Source of the DNA: Myxococcales bacterium
GTDB taxonomy: Bacteria > Desulfobacterota > Binatia > HRBIN30
DNA: 64,000 nt
Assembly: GCA_037445065.1 (NCBI GenBank)
Contig: JBBILD010000004.1
Location: forward strand, 1 to 64,000
Direction of reading: 5' to 3'
Part shown: positions 1-9,531 of the stretch, in pieces
Layout of the letters: each line of letters opens with the position of its first letter
Numbering within the stretch: position 1 is the first letter of the stretch
Position numbers and translations under genes: made by a program
Notes under the pieces: generated by a model
Database searches by the model: none
Told to the model about the DNA's origin: nothing
What the model saw: only the letters and a program-made list of their open reading frames with translations

Positions 1-591
1 TTCCAGCGTGGCGCTCATCCAAGTGGTAAGGCATTCGAAAAGCGTCCCGAACCGGCTTCGCCGCATCCAGTCGAGCTGCGCCGTCGTCCAGAGCCCCGGG
101 CCCATGAGTTGGACCTCGTCGATGATCCAACGGCAGTCATTGTTCAGCAAGCCAAAGTGGATAGGCCATTCGAAGCGGCTCATGCAGTAACCACGATTGA
201 GAGCGCGCGACAACAGTTGGTCCTGCGTGCCCACGAGGACCCAGGGCTCTTCGGGCCTTTCCGCCCACTCCTTCTCGATTGATCCACCCATGAGCTCGTA
301 TACCCGGACTGTGCCAACAACAGGCTCAAGGTTCGTAAAGCACAAGCTGAGCCGCTGGACGGTCTGTCGGACCAACGTCCGCATCGGAAGACAATACACG
401 AGATGCCGGGGCTCCGACTCGCGGCGCAAGACCAGTCGACGCCATGCCCAAGCCAAGGCAACTCCCTCGGTTTTGCCGAGACCCGTAGGAACCGGCAGGA
501 CGTCTGGAAATCCATTTTCTCCAAGCCAGGACTGCCACTTATACGGGCTAAACCCGGTTGCGCGCTTAAAAAATTCTTCGTAGGTCATCAT
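1..591 (-). CDS. cas3: CRISPR-associated helicase Cas3, type I-G/I-U-like; 5' part only, runs off the left edge
   Basis: Translated by hand, not in the ORF track: MMTYEEFFKRATGFSPYKWQ...VPTGLGKT (Walker A)...LVYCLPMRTLVRQT...GTQDQLLSRALNRGY...IIDEVQLMG (Walker B)...MSATLE (motif III). Open for 197 codons to position 1. Confidence 0.9.
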   Translation of the reverse strand, partial: MMTYEEFFKRATGFSPYKWQSWLGENGFPDVLPVPTGLGKTEGVALAWAWRRLVLRRESEPRHLVYCLPMRTLVRQTVQRLSLCFTNLEPVVGTVRVYELMGGSIEKEWAERPEEPWVLVGTQDQLLSRALNRGYCMSRFEWPIHFGLLNNDCRWIIDEVQLMGPGLWTTAQLDWMRRSRFGTLFECLTTWMSATLE

Positions 592-775
592 GGCTAACTC
601 ACATTTGACCGGTGCCTAACTTCGAGGTCGCGGGATTTCGCCGTTTAACCACCACGGGAGTCAGGCGGCTGGTCCAACGGAAAGCGCGGCGGGACGACCG
701 GAACATCGGAAGACCAACCGGCTGGCAGTGATTCGACCGGTTCATAACCCGCAACTCCGTCGCCGCCATGGCACC

Positions 776-1194
776 TTACTCCCCATAGATCGCCCGGCAC
801 ACCCCATACCCCCGATACCGCCCCGCCCCGATCAACACCGGTCCCTCCACCGGCTCATCGAAGACCAAAATCGCATGCGCATGCCGCCGCTCACCGCCGT
901 CCTTGCGCCTGAGTCTCGGAAACTCCAACGCCGGCGGCACGCCCAGATGCGCCGAAACCGAGGTGACGATGATCTCCCGCGGCCGCGGGACACGGGCACC
1001 GCACGCACGGGCGACGAGCGAAACTGCCATCACCGACGTCTTTCCTAGGCCAGTCGGAATGTCGATCCATTCTGGAACGCGCCTTCTCAGCATCCAGCTC
1101 AGCAGTTCCTGTTGCCAGGGAAAGGGGTGAACCCCGGTTCGAGGCCCATTGCGTTGCGCAGCAAGTCGGTGGCGTTGTTCCTGAACTCGCTCAT
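776..1194 (-). pseudogene. Chimeric remnant: N-terminus of a type I-U Cas3 fused to the C-terminus of Csb2 (Cas5/Cas6)
   Basis: ATG at 1194 with RBS gives MSEFRNNATDLLRNAMGLEPG, then a frameshift to PFPWQQELL...DIPTGLGKTSVMAV.LVARA.GARVPR (Cas3u N-terminus). This is joined directly to REIIVTSVSAHLGVPPA.EFPRL...HAILVFDEPVEGPVLIGAGRYRGYGVCR (Csb2 C-terminal G-rich loop). Confidence 0.8.
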
Positions 1195-1905
1195 CCCTTC
1201 CCCTCAGCTGCTTTGCCAGAGCAACTGCGCGAGCCATGGGCGCTGCTTGTCACGCCGCGCTGAGCCGAGCCCAAATCTGCCTGCACAGAAGCGGGTCGGC
1301 GAGCGAACTGCCCGATTTCAGCCAGGTTCTTCGTTGTCGCATCTGAGATCGTCCGTCGCTCAGCACCGACGAGCAGCCGCGCTCCCCTGACCGATTGCCA
1401 GCGCAAGTAGCGCCGATATGGCGCGACCACCACGCTTGTCGCGCTCCGGCCCACGTGCTTTCCAGAACTGCCTCTCCCACCCACGGCCGTCATTTCATAC
1501 ATAGAAAGGCCGCGGAGGCAAATGGTTTTCGCTCCACGGAGCGAATCGTCTGCCACTGCTGCTGCTGACGTGCCGCGAGCGGTAGGGTTGCCTTCTGCCG
1601 CGAGGAGGCATGGGTCGTGCCGCGGCCAGCAATGCTTTGCGGCACGAGTGCGATGGGAGGGACGGGCGGCCGCTCTGCGCCCTGCCTATGGGTTCCCTAC
1701 AGTGTGCGCGCTCTCTCGCGCGCTAGGATCGCTGGGTTGGAACGGTAGATCGAGTTCGTTGCGCACGAGCGGGGAGAAGCGGGCCGCCGTGCAAGCGCCG
1801 CGGCAATGGGCGCAGTGGCTAGCGGCGTTTTTCTGCCACGGCGCGCTTGCGCGGCGTGGTTGGTTTGGCGCAGGCTCGGTGCCCGTGGTCCCAGGGTGTC
1901 CTATC

Positions 1906-3096
1906 ATGGCGTGTGCTGCGAAAAAGGTGGTTGGGTTTCTTTGCTTGGCTTGGGCGATTGCGCCACCGGTGCGTGCCTTCAGCGTGTTCGTAGAGCAGGG
2001 CGAGAGTGCGGCAGAAATCGCTGCGCTTGCGCCACGCTGGTCTGCGCAACCGGATCCCTTCGGGGAGGGCAAGGGCCTGCACGACGGTTTGCAGGTGGCA
2101 GTGGATGCGGGGTTCCTCCAGGGGCTCGGCCTCGACGAGATCGCAGCGCTGTATGGTGCAAGCCGGGAGGATCTCGAAGGGCTAGCACGGGCCGCGTTGC
2201 GTAACGCGCTCGCCATGTGGGAGAACTCAGCGCTGCGTTTTGATGTGGACTTCGGTGGGCCGACGGAGCGGGGCCCGCTTGCCGGCAGCGAGATTGACTT
2301 GTTCGCGGAGCCTTCTGCCACTCGCTTTTTCGGCTTTACCGAACTCGCCTGGCGGCACTCAGAGGATCGCTGGCTCACCAACGGACAGCGCGTGCCGGGG
2401 CTCGTGATCCGCGGCGCCGACGTCTTCCTCAACACCACTCGCGTGCTGGAAAGTGCGCGCCTGCTCGCCCAGCTCGGCGTGCCGCTCACGGACCTGGCCC
2501 ATGCGCTGCAAATCCTAGTGGCTCACGAAGTCGGCCACGCCATCGGCCTCGGCCACCCCAACGAAGGCACGTTCCTCGACACGGACTCCGATCCGTTCGA
2601 TCCGATGGTGATCGACTTCGCGGATCCGTTTCGCGACTTGCTCGTCTCCTCGATTCCTCTCAACACTCCACTCGACCGGGTACCGATCATGTGGGGCGGC
2701 TTGTCGAGCGCCGACCCGGTGGCGCTCCTGCCTTTCCTGCGTCGCTTGCGCAACCCGGCCCTGACTTTCGACGACCTCGGGGGCCGCGATGTCTTGTATC
2801 CGGCGCCACCTCTGCCTCCCTCACCGACAGCGAGCCACACGCCGTCGGCGACCGCCACTCCGAGCCCGACTCCCACCGCTTCGCCGGCTCCGCCCCCTTG
2901 CCCCGGAGACTGCACCGGCGATGGCGAGGTGACGGTGGACGAGATCGTCCTCGCTGTGCGGATCGCGCTCGAGACCGAGCCTCGTTCCGCATGCGCGGCG
3001 GCGGACCTCGACGCCGACGGGGCGGTGCAAATTCACGAACTGGTGCGCGCCGTCGCTGCCGCTCTGTTCGGATGTGACCGCACAGGGCGGGAGTGA
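1906..3096 (+). CDS. Secreted matrixin-like zinc metalloprotease with Pro/Thr linker and C-terminal dockerin/EF-hand-like domain
   Basis: Signal peptide; HEVGHAIGLGH zinc motif; PIM Met-turn; PSPTA linker; CPGDCTGDGEVTVDE...DLDADGAVQIHE...GC. Start trimmed from ORF 1522. Confidence 0.8.
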   Translation: MACAAKKVVGFLCLAWAIAPPVRAFSVFVEQGESAAEIAALAPRWSAQPDPFGEGKGLHDGLQVAVDAGFLQGLGLDEIAALYGASREDLEGLARAALRNALAMWENSALRFDVDFGGPTERGPLAGSEIDLFAEPSATRFFGFTELAWRHSEDRWLTNGQRVPGLVIRGADVFLNTTRVLESARLLAQLGVPLTDLAHALQILVAHEVGHAIGLGHPNEGTFLDTDSDPFDPMVIDFADPFRDLLVSSIPLNTPLDRVPIMWGGLSSADPVALLPFLRRLRNPALTFDDLGGRDVLYPAPPLPPSPTASHTPSATATPSPTPTASPAPPPCPGDCTGDGEVTVDEIVLAVRIALETEPRSACAAADLDADGAVQIHELVRAVAAALFGCDRTGRE

Positions 3097-3163
3097 ACGG
3101 CGGCACCCCGGCTCTCTCTCTGCTCGCATTTGTCCGCTCGACCCATAGGCGTGTTCGTGCCTC

Positions 3164-4447
3164 TCATCCGCTACCGATCTGGCAGAATCCCGGCAGCTCG
3201 GCTTCGGAGAGTTCCGCCAGCGAAAGCGTGGCATCCCATAGAGCCTTGTAGGCGTTTGCCGAGATTTGTTCGAAACCGTGTGCCAGGATGGAACGATTGC
3301 GGGCGGTCAGCGGCGAGGTCAGGCTGGCGAGCTGGGCTTTGTGAAAGCGCTCTCCGAGCGGATCCTGAAGCTCGCGGAGCAGCTCGTACGCGTCGCGCAG
3401 ACCGATAGCGACCGTGCCTTGCGTTGCTCTGGGGGCCCAGCGGCTGCGCAGGGGCTCGGGGACCCGATCGAGGGGGATACGTTCGGTTTCCTCGAAGTTG
3501 TGCTTCTCGCGCAAGGCCGCCTGCGCGAGCGCTTCGACCGCGCGATACAGGCGGGCTACCGCGTCATCGTAGCGGCCTTCGGCAGCGCGCCGTTTGGCAT
3601 TGGCGATGAGGTCTACCACGTAATGGCGGCTCGGCGGCGTGGTCTTGCACAATGCTTCCAGGTGCGTGCACACCTGGCGGATCGAAGACAGGGTGCGTTC
3701 CGCGCGCTGGGTGCCGAGGATCGCGGATAAGTCGTTGGCGCGCTTGAGGAGCGTCTTGAAGTGATTGAGGGCCGACTGGTGGTCGAAGCGATCCCACGCC
3801 TCGAAGCCGCGAGCCAGTGCCTCCAGGGCTGCGAAGGATCCTTTGCGGTCTTCACGATGTAAGCGTTTCTTGGTTTGCTCGGCCAATTGCCAAGCCGGCG
3901 CGAAGGCGAGTTGATCGAAGAGAACCACGAAGTCCTCCACAGCTTGGAAGCCGAGCGCGTCCCAGGGGTTGGCTTGGTATACGACCCGCTCGGAACCCGT
4001 TACCACCACACCCACTCCGCCTTTGGTGCGGGCGCTGCCACCGACGTACGAGAAGACACAAGGCCAGCGGCGCGCCTGCAGGGCGAGCGCGGCCGACATG
4101 CATTTGGTGCCGCCAGTGAAGTCTACCACCACGCGGTAGTTCCCCCCTCGCTCGACCCAGCGGAACACTTGTGGGGTCAGTTCTTGCAGGCGCTCCAGAC
4201 ACGAAGCGAGGTCCTGACCGTCGGCGACCTCGCAGAAGTCGTAACGGCCGCCGTCGAGTTCAAAGCCTTCCTCGTTGGCTTTGCGTACGATGCTCGGCTG
4301 GGTGGTGTCGCCGTCCACCAGCGTTCTCGTCTCCGGCGTGTGAACGAAGACCACCCGCTGGGGCTGCCAGTACTTGATCGAAGCCACTACCGGCTCGGGG
4401 CTGCCCCCCACCGTGCAAATCAGCAGTGTCGAAGCATCCGGATTCAC
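3164..4447 (-). CDS. TIGR02710-family CRISPR-associated CARF-HEPN protein (Csm6/Csx1-like)
   Basis: CARF motifs CTVGGSPEP and VDFTGGTKCM; GRYDDAVARLYRAVE; HEPN motif RNRSILAH. GTG start at 4447 with AAGGA RBS. Confidence 0.88.
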   Translation of the reverse strand: MNPDASTLLICTVGGSPEPVVASIKYWQPQRVVFVHTPETRTLVDGDTTQPSIVRKANEEGFELDGGRYDFCEVADGQDLASCLERLQELTPQVFRWVERGGNYRVVVDFTGGTKCMSAALALQARRWPCVFSYVGGSARTKGGVGVVVTGSERVVYQANPWDALGFQAVEDFVVLFDQLAFAPAWQLAEQTKKRLHREDRKGSFAALEALARGFEAWDRFDHQSALNHFKTLLKRANDLSAILGTQRAERTLSSIRQVCTHLEALCKTTPPSRHYVVDLIANAKRRAAEGRYDDAVARLYRAVEALAQAALREKHNFEETERIPLDRVPEPLRSRWAPRATQGTVAIGLRDAYELLRELQDPLGERFHKAQLASLTSPLTARNRSILAHGFEQISANAYKALWDATLSLAELSEAELPGFCQIGSG

Positions 4448-4672
4448 CGCCACCGTCCTTACAGGCGCATCGCAGCGCACCTCTCGGAACACCGACTTAT
4501 ACCGCGCGTGCAAAGGCGGGTACAAGCGAGCGGCGAGGAGCGAAGGGTGACTGACGAACGCCCTGGACCTTAGGGGCCGGCTCGCACGGATACCCAGCGC
4601 ACAGAGGCACCACGCAGCGGGCCGTACCCGTGGACACCGGCCATGGCCGGCGTAACACCGAGACCAGAGCCT

Positions 4673-4880
4673 GCAGGGGCGGCCCTTGTGCCCGCCCGGC
4701 TGCGAACGGGACATTCGTGATTCCTCAGGGCACAGGCAGACGCAAGGCCTACCGGTACACAGCCAACGCTCCGTAGTACGAAACGCGGCTGCGGCCGAAA
4801 CCTGTCCCCACCGCCACGCCTGACCGGTAAGATGCACCCCGTCACCACCAAACATGCAGGGGCGGCCCTTGTGGCCGCTC
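4673..4880. repeat. REP-like palindrome cluster 1 (GTAG/GCAG family)
   Basis: GCAGGGGCGGCCCTTGTGCCCGCCC at 4673-4697 and GCAGGGGCGGCCCTTGTGGCCGCTC at 4856-4880; degenerate inverted copy near 4735-4758. Confidence 0.75.
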
Positions 4881-4996
4881 GCGGTGCGGTTCGACGTGTG
4901 TGCCCCCGCGCGCGGCCCGGGCAGGCGCTGTCCGCTGTTTCAGTTGCTGCACTTCGCTTGCAGCTTTGCAGCGAGTTTGCCAGTTTGCGCCTCGCA

Positions 4997-5593
4997 ATGG
5001 CGCTCCGTGTCGTGCTTGCTTCCGCTTCTCCCCGCCGCCGCGAGCTACTCGCCAGCCTCGGAATGGAGTTCGAGGTGGTCGTCCCCGAGGTGGATGAAAC
5101 GCCGCTGCCGGAGGAGCCGCCGTGGGCGTGTGCGACTCGTTTGGCAAAGGCGAAGGCGCGCGCCGTGCCCGCGCAATACCCGCGCTACCTCACCCTGGCT
5201 GCGGATACGGTGGTGGCCCTGGGGCAGCGCCTCTTCAACAAACCCGCGAATGCTGCTGAGGCACGCTGGATGCTCGAACAGCTCTCGGGGCAGACGCACA
5301 CGGTTTGGACCGCTGTGTGTCTGGCTCGGGAGGACCGCGTGCTCGAGTTGTTCGCCGACGTCAGTCGCGTCCGCTTTCGCCGCTTGTCTGCCGAGGAGAT
5401 TGCTGCGTACGTGGCCAGTGGAGAGGGATTCGACAAGGCCGGCGCGTACGCAGCCCAAGGGCTCGGGCGCGACCTGATCGAACGGATCGAGGGTTCGGTG
5501 AGCAACGTGATTGGCTTGCCGGTGGAAGAACTCCAGCGCCGTTTGGCGCGCCACCTTCCAGAAGGAACTTGGCGGCAGGTGCCCCCACGATGA
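4997..5593 (+). CDS. maf: Maf-family nucleoside triphosphate pyrophosphatase
   Basis: VLASASPRRRELL, AADTVV, KP, LSG, DKAGAY, NVIGLP. Confidence 0.93.
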   Translation: MALRVVLASASPRRRELLASLGMEFEVVVPEVDETPLPEEPPWACATRLAKAKARAVPAQYPRYLTLAADTVVALGQRLFNKPANAAEARWMLEQLSGQTHTVWTAVCLAREDRVLELFADVSRVRFRRLSAEEIAAYVASGEGFDKAGAYAAQGLGRDLIERIEGSVSNVIGLPVEELQRRLARHLPEGTWRQVPPR

Positions 5594-6348
5594 ACGACGA
5601 AATTGCGCAAAGGGTGTGGCGCGTCCGCGAGCGAGTGGAACGCGCTGCGCGGCGCGCCGGGCGGAACCCAGAGGACGTCCGCGTGGTTGCGGTGAGTAAG
5701 ACCCAACCGGTGCGCGCGATCGAAGAGGTGGTAGCTGCGGGCATTGTGGACATTGGTGAGAATTACGTGCAGGAGGCCCGCAGCAAAGCTGCGCAACTCT
5801 CGCGCCCGGCGGTGTGGCACTTGGTGGGCGCTCTGCAACGCAACAAAGTCAAGCAGGCGCTCCAACTCTTCACCTGGATTCATACCTTGGATCGCCCCGC
5901 TCTCGCGCACGAGTTGGAAAAACGTGCCGTGGCCGAGGGAAAACAGGCGGTGCAGGTGCTGGTGGAGGTCAACCTCGGTGGAGAAGCCAGCAAGGCGGGA
6001 GTGGCTGAGGCAGCGCTGGAGGAATTGCTCCGAGTGGCCTCGGAGTGCACGCGGCTCGAAGTGCGCGGGCTGATGACCATCCCGCCGCCGAGTGCGGACC
6101 CGGAAGAGTCGCGCCCGTATTTTCGCCGCCTGCGCGAGCTGCGCGATCGCTGGCAGACCTTGCGCCTGCCGCGGGTGTCGCTCGAGCATTTGTCCATGGG
6201 CATGAGCGACGACTTCGAAGTCGCCGTCGAGGAGGGGGCCACGATGGTGCGCATCGGCCGCGCGATCTTCGGCGCGCGGCTAACGCGGGGCACGAGAGCG
6301 GGCAACTGCGAAGGCGCGGAAGGGGCGCCGTTGGTCGAAAGGAGGTAA
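5590..6348 (+). CDS. yggS: PLP homeostasis protein YggS
   Basis: VAVSKT, GENYVQE, WHLVGALQRNK, GLMTIPP, LSMGMSDD, MVRIGRAIFG. ATGA overlap with maf. Confidence 0.95.
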   Translation: MNDEIAQRVWRVRERVERAARRAGRNPEDVRVVAVSKTQPVRAIEEVVAAGIVDIGENYVQEARSKAAQLSRPAVWHLVGALQRNKVKQALQLFTWIHTLDRPALAHELEKRAVAEGKQAVQVLVEVNLGGEASKAGVAEAALEELLRVASECTRLEVRGLMTIPPPSADPEESRPYFRRLRELRDRWQTLRLPRVSLEHLSMGMSDDFEVAVEEGATMVRIGRAIFGARLTRGTRAGNCEGAEGAPLVERR

Positions 6349-6352
6349 GGAA

Positions 6353-7216
6353 ATGGCTGGCGCCACAAAGGCAAGCAAGCGCAAAGCTGGGCCCAAGAGA
6401 CAGGCGCTTCCGTCGGTGGGCTTCATCGGCGCTGGCAACATGGCCGGGGCGCTGATCCGCGGGGTGTTGGCGGCCGGATTGTGCGTGCCGAGCAGCGTGT
6501 ACGCCAGCGATGTCGAGCGCGAGAAGCTGCAAAAACTCAAACGCGAAACCAAAATCCATGCGCTGGCCGACAACCTGGCGCTGGTACAGGAGTCGCGGGT
6601 CGTGGTGCTGGCGGTGAAACCGCAGGACCTCGACGGTGTGCTGCAGGAAATTCGCGCTGCGGTGAGCCAGCATCACTTGCTGATCAGCATTGCGGCCGGT
6701 GTGCCGACAACGCGCATCGAGCAACTGCTGGGAGGAGAACCACGCGTGGTGCGCGCCATGCCCAATACTCCTGCGCTGGTGGGCCAGGGCATGACCGTCA
6801 TTGTGCCCGGCCGCTACGCGCGCGCGGCGGACGCAGCGTTGGCCCAGCGCTTGTTCGCAGCGGTGGGCGATGCGGTGGTGGTGGGCGACGAGCGGGTGCT
6901 GGACGCGGTGACCGGCCTCAGCGGCAGCGGCCCGGCGTACGTGTACTTGCTGGCCGAAGGCTTGATCGCGGGCGGGGTGGCAGCGGGCCTCACGGCCAGC
7001 TTGGCCCAGCGCTTGACCTACCAGACCATTGCCGGCGCGGCGGCAATGCTCAAGGAAACCGGCCAGCCTCCGGAGGCCTTGCGCGCGCAGGTGAGTTCTC
7101 CGGGTGGGACCACGCTGGCGGGCCTCAGTGAGCTGCACCGGCGCGGCTTTAAGGATGCGCTGGTGGCCGCGGTGGTCGCCGCCACGCGCCGCTCGCAAGA
7201 ACTGGGTCGCAAGTGA
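6353..7216 (+). CDS. proC: Pyrroline-5-carboxylate reductase
   Basis: GFIGAGNMA, LAVKPQ, RAMPNTP, SGSGPAY, VSSPGGTT; follows yggS. Confidence 0.96.
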   Translation: MAGATKASKRKAGPKRQALPSVGFIGAGNMAGALIRGVLAAGLCVPSSVYASDVEREKLQKLKRETKIHALADNLALVQESRVVVLAVKPQDLDGVLQEIRAAVSQHHLLISIAAGVPTTRIEQLLGGEPRVVRAMPNTPALVGQGMTVIVPGRYARAADAALAQRLFAAVGDAVVVGDERVLDAVTGLSGSGPAYVYLLAEGLIAGGVAAGLTASLAQRLTYQTIAGAAAMLKETGQPPEALRAQVSSPGGTTLAGLSELHRRGFKDALVAAVVAATRRSQELGRK

Positions 7217-7228
7217 GGCGAAGGCTGG

Positions 7229-8860
7229 ATGTTCCGCTCGCGCCGTGCCGAGGTTCGCGGTTTTCGCAGCCAGCGCTCACTGGTGATCGCGCGCACTGGC
7301 ATGGTGTGCGCGAGCCAACCGCTGGCGGCTGAGGCCGGCCTGCACATCCTGCGCGCGGGCGGCACGGCAGTGGATGCGGCGATTGCCGCTCTGGCGATGC
7401 TCGCGGTGGTCGAGCCCTACAACACGGGGCTCGGCGGAGATTGCTTCGCGCTGCTCTGGTACGGGCCCGAGCAGCGGTTGTACGGGCTCAACGGTAGCGG
7501 CCGCGCGCCGCAAGCGCTGACCATCGAGGCGTTGCGTGCGGCCGGGCACGCGGTGATGCCGTTGATCGGGCCCTGGAGCATCACGGTCCCCGGCGCGGTG
7601 CAGGCTTGGCACGACTTGCACGAGCGCTTCGGGCGGCTTGCCTGGGCGAAGTTGTTCGAGCCCGCGCTTGCTTACGCCGAAGAAGGGTACGCGGTGAGCG
7701 AGATCATCGCGCACGAGTGGGGCCTGATCGTGGGGTTCGGTATCCTGCAGGACCCTCGTGCCCGCCAGGTGTTCACGATGGATGGCAGAGCCCCCGGCCT
7801 CGGCGAAGTGATGCGCCTACCAGCGCTGGCCCGCACCCTACGCGAGCTGGCAAGCGGCGGGGCGGATTGGTTTTACCGGGGCGACTTCGCGGCGCGGATT
7901 GCGGCGAGTGTGCAAGCCGCAGGTGGCGTGCTGGCACGGGAGGACTTGGCCGCGCATCGCTCGACGTGGGTGGAGCCGCTCTGCACCGAATACCGCGGGG
8001 TGACCGTCGCCGAACTGCCGCCCAACGGGCAGGGACTCGCGGCGCTGATCGGGCTGAATATCTTGGAGAATTTCGACTTGCCAGGCTACGGCCCCGAGGC
8101 GGTGGAGAGTCATCACTACCGCATCGAGGCCACCAAGCTGGCACTGGCCGATCGCAACCGGTACGTGGCCGACCCCGAACACGCGTTGGTGCCCACCGCC
8201 GCGCTGCTGAGCAAGGATTACGCGCAAGGCCGCGCCGCGTTGCTCTCTTCGCGGCGGGCGCTCGCCGATGTACACGCGGGCCTCGTTCCGGTGGGTCGCG
8301 ACACCGTCTACCTCACCGCGGCGGACAGCGAGGGTACGGTGGTGTCCATCATCAACAGCCTGTTTTTCCCCTTCGGCTCGGGGGTGGCAGTGGAAGACAC
8401 CGGCGTCGTGCTACACAACCGCGGCGCCGGCTTCGTGCTGGATCCTTCGCACCCGAACTGCGTTGCCCCGCGCAAGCGGCCTCTGCACACGCTGATCCCG
8501 GCGATGCTGCTGCAGGACGGCAAGCCACTCGTGTCCTTCGGGGTGATGGGCGGAGATCACCAGGCGCAGGCCCATCTCCAAGTCGTGTCGAACTTGGTGG
8601 ACTTCGGCTTCAACGTGCAGGAGGCGCTCGACTTCCCGCGCTTCCACTGCCTCGATCGCAACCGCGTTGCCGTGGAAGAGGATTTCCCCGCACCGATCGT
8701 GGAAGAGCTTCGCCAGCGGGGGCACTGGCTCGTGGACCCTGCTGAGGTGCGTGTGCGCGGTGGCTTCGGCGGCGGGCAGGCGATCGCCGTGCATCCGCTG
8801 ACGGGTGCGTACTGGGGCGGCTCGGATCGCCGGAAGGACGGCCAGGCTATCGGCTATTAG
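7229..8860 (+). CDS. ggt: Gamma-glutamyltransferase
   Basis: GLGGDCF, TVPGAV, ELPPNGQG, DTVY nucleophile region, KRPLHTLIP, GVMGG, DRRKDG. Confidence 0.92.
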   Translation: MFRSRRAEVRGFRSQRSLVIARTGMVCASQPLAAEAGLHILRAGGTAVDAAIAALAMLAVVEPYNTGLGGDCFALLWYGPEQRLYGLNGSGRAPQALTIEALRAAGHAVMPLIGPWSITVPGAVQAWHDLHERFGRLAWAKLFEPALAYAEEGYAVSEIIAHEWGLIVGFGILQDPRARQVFTMDGRAPGLGEVMRLPALARTLRELASGGADWFYRGDFAARIAASVQAAGGVLAREDLAAHRSTWVEPLCTEYRGVTVAELPPNGQGLAALIGLNILENFDLPGYGPEAVESHHYRIEATKLALADRNRYVADPEHALVPTAALLSKDYAQGRAALLSSRRALADVHAGLVPVGRDTVYLTAADSEGTVVSIINSLFFPFGSGVAVEDTGVVLHNRGAGFVLDPSHPNCVAPRKRPLHTLIPAMLLQDGKPLVSFGVMGGDHQAQAHLQVVSNLVDFGFNVQEALDFPRFHCLDRNRVAVEEDFPAPIVEELRQRGHWLVDPAEVRVRGGFGGGQAIAVHPLTGAYWGGSDRRKDGQAIGY

Positions 8861-8865
8861 AGGAA

Positions 8866-9330
8866 GGGTCGGAAGGCGGCCGCCCCTACGACTCCTCAAA
8901 TGGTTGTATTACCCAACACCTTCAGCGTTGCCTCGGTGGTGGCATGGTGGACGTTGCGCCGCGGTGCGGTGCTGCAACCTGCGCGGGCCAGTGGCAGCAT
9001 GTTGAAGATGTGTTGTAGCGGCAGGTCTCGTGCCTGCCCGCGCGTCTAGGAACCACGCATGCCCAGACCGGGCCACGGGCGGCCACAAGGGCCGTCCCTA
9101 CACCCCCAGGGGGACGCGGTCGCAGGGCCGGCGGGACTCCATCACAAGGTGGGTGTCCACGGAACATCGGTGTCCGTGTTGTGATGGGTCTCCGGTTGTG
9201 GCGTGGCACGGACCGGCGGCAGCGCCGCTGTCCGCGGCGGCAGGCTGGTTCGATGTGTTGTAGGGGCAGACCTCGTGCCTGCCCGCACGTCTAGGAACCA
9301 CCCATGCTCGGACCGCGCCACGGGCGGCCC
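8866..9330. repeat. REP/REPIN-like cluster 2, containing a duplicated unit of about 78 bp
   Basis: REPs at 9015-9039, 9077-9101 (inverted) and 9260-9284. Segment 9007-9084 is repeated at 9252-9329 with few mismatches. Confidence 0.8.
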
Positions 9331-9531
9331 CTGCACGTCCGAGGGGTGGGGTGTTGCCGACGGCGAGGGTTCCCCATTGTTGCCGCCCGCGGTGCAGATC
9401 ATCCGCGATTGGCCAGGCGCCGCTTACCTGTTGCTGACGACGAGGCGCTGGATGCCGTTTCACGCCCCGCGCCGAGCAAAGTTCCTTGCCGGCGGCATCC
9501 GTGCTTAGCTTGTCGCGACGGAGGAGAGGCA

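Noticed and set aside
592..1905. CRISPR array or leader near the cas genes
   Set aside because: No repeated 28-37 bp unit found by eye. The GGCCGCGG near 1508 resembles part of an I-U repeat but occurs singly.
8866..9330. Direct repeats interpreted as a mini CRISPR array
   Set aside because: The units are about 78 bp, built from REP hairpins, and recur at other intergenic sites.
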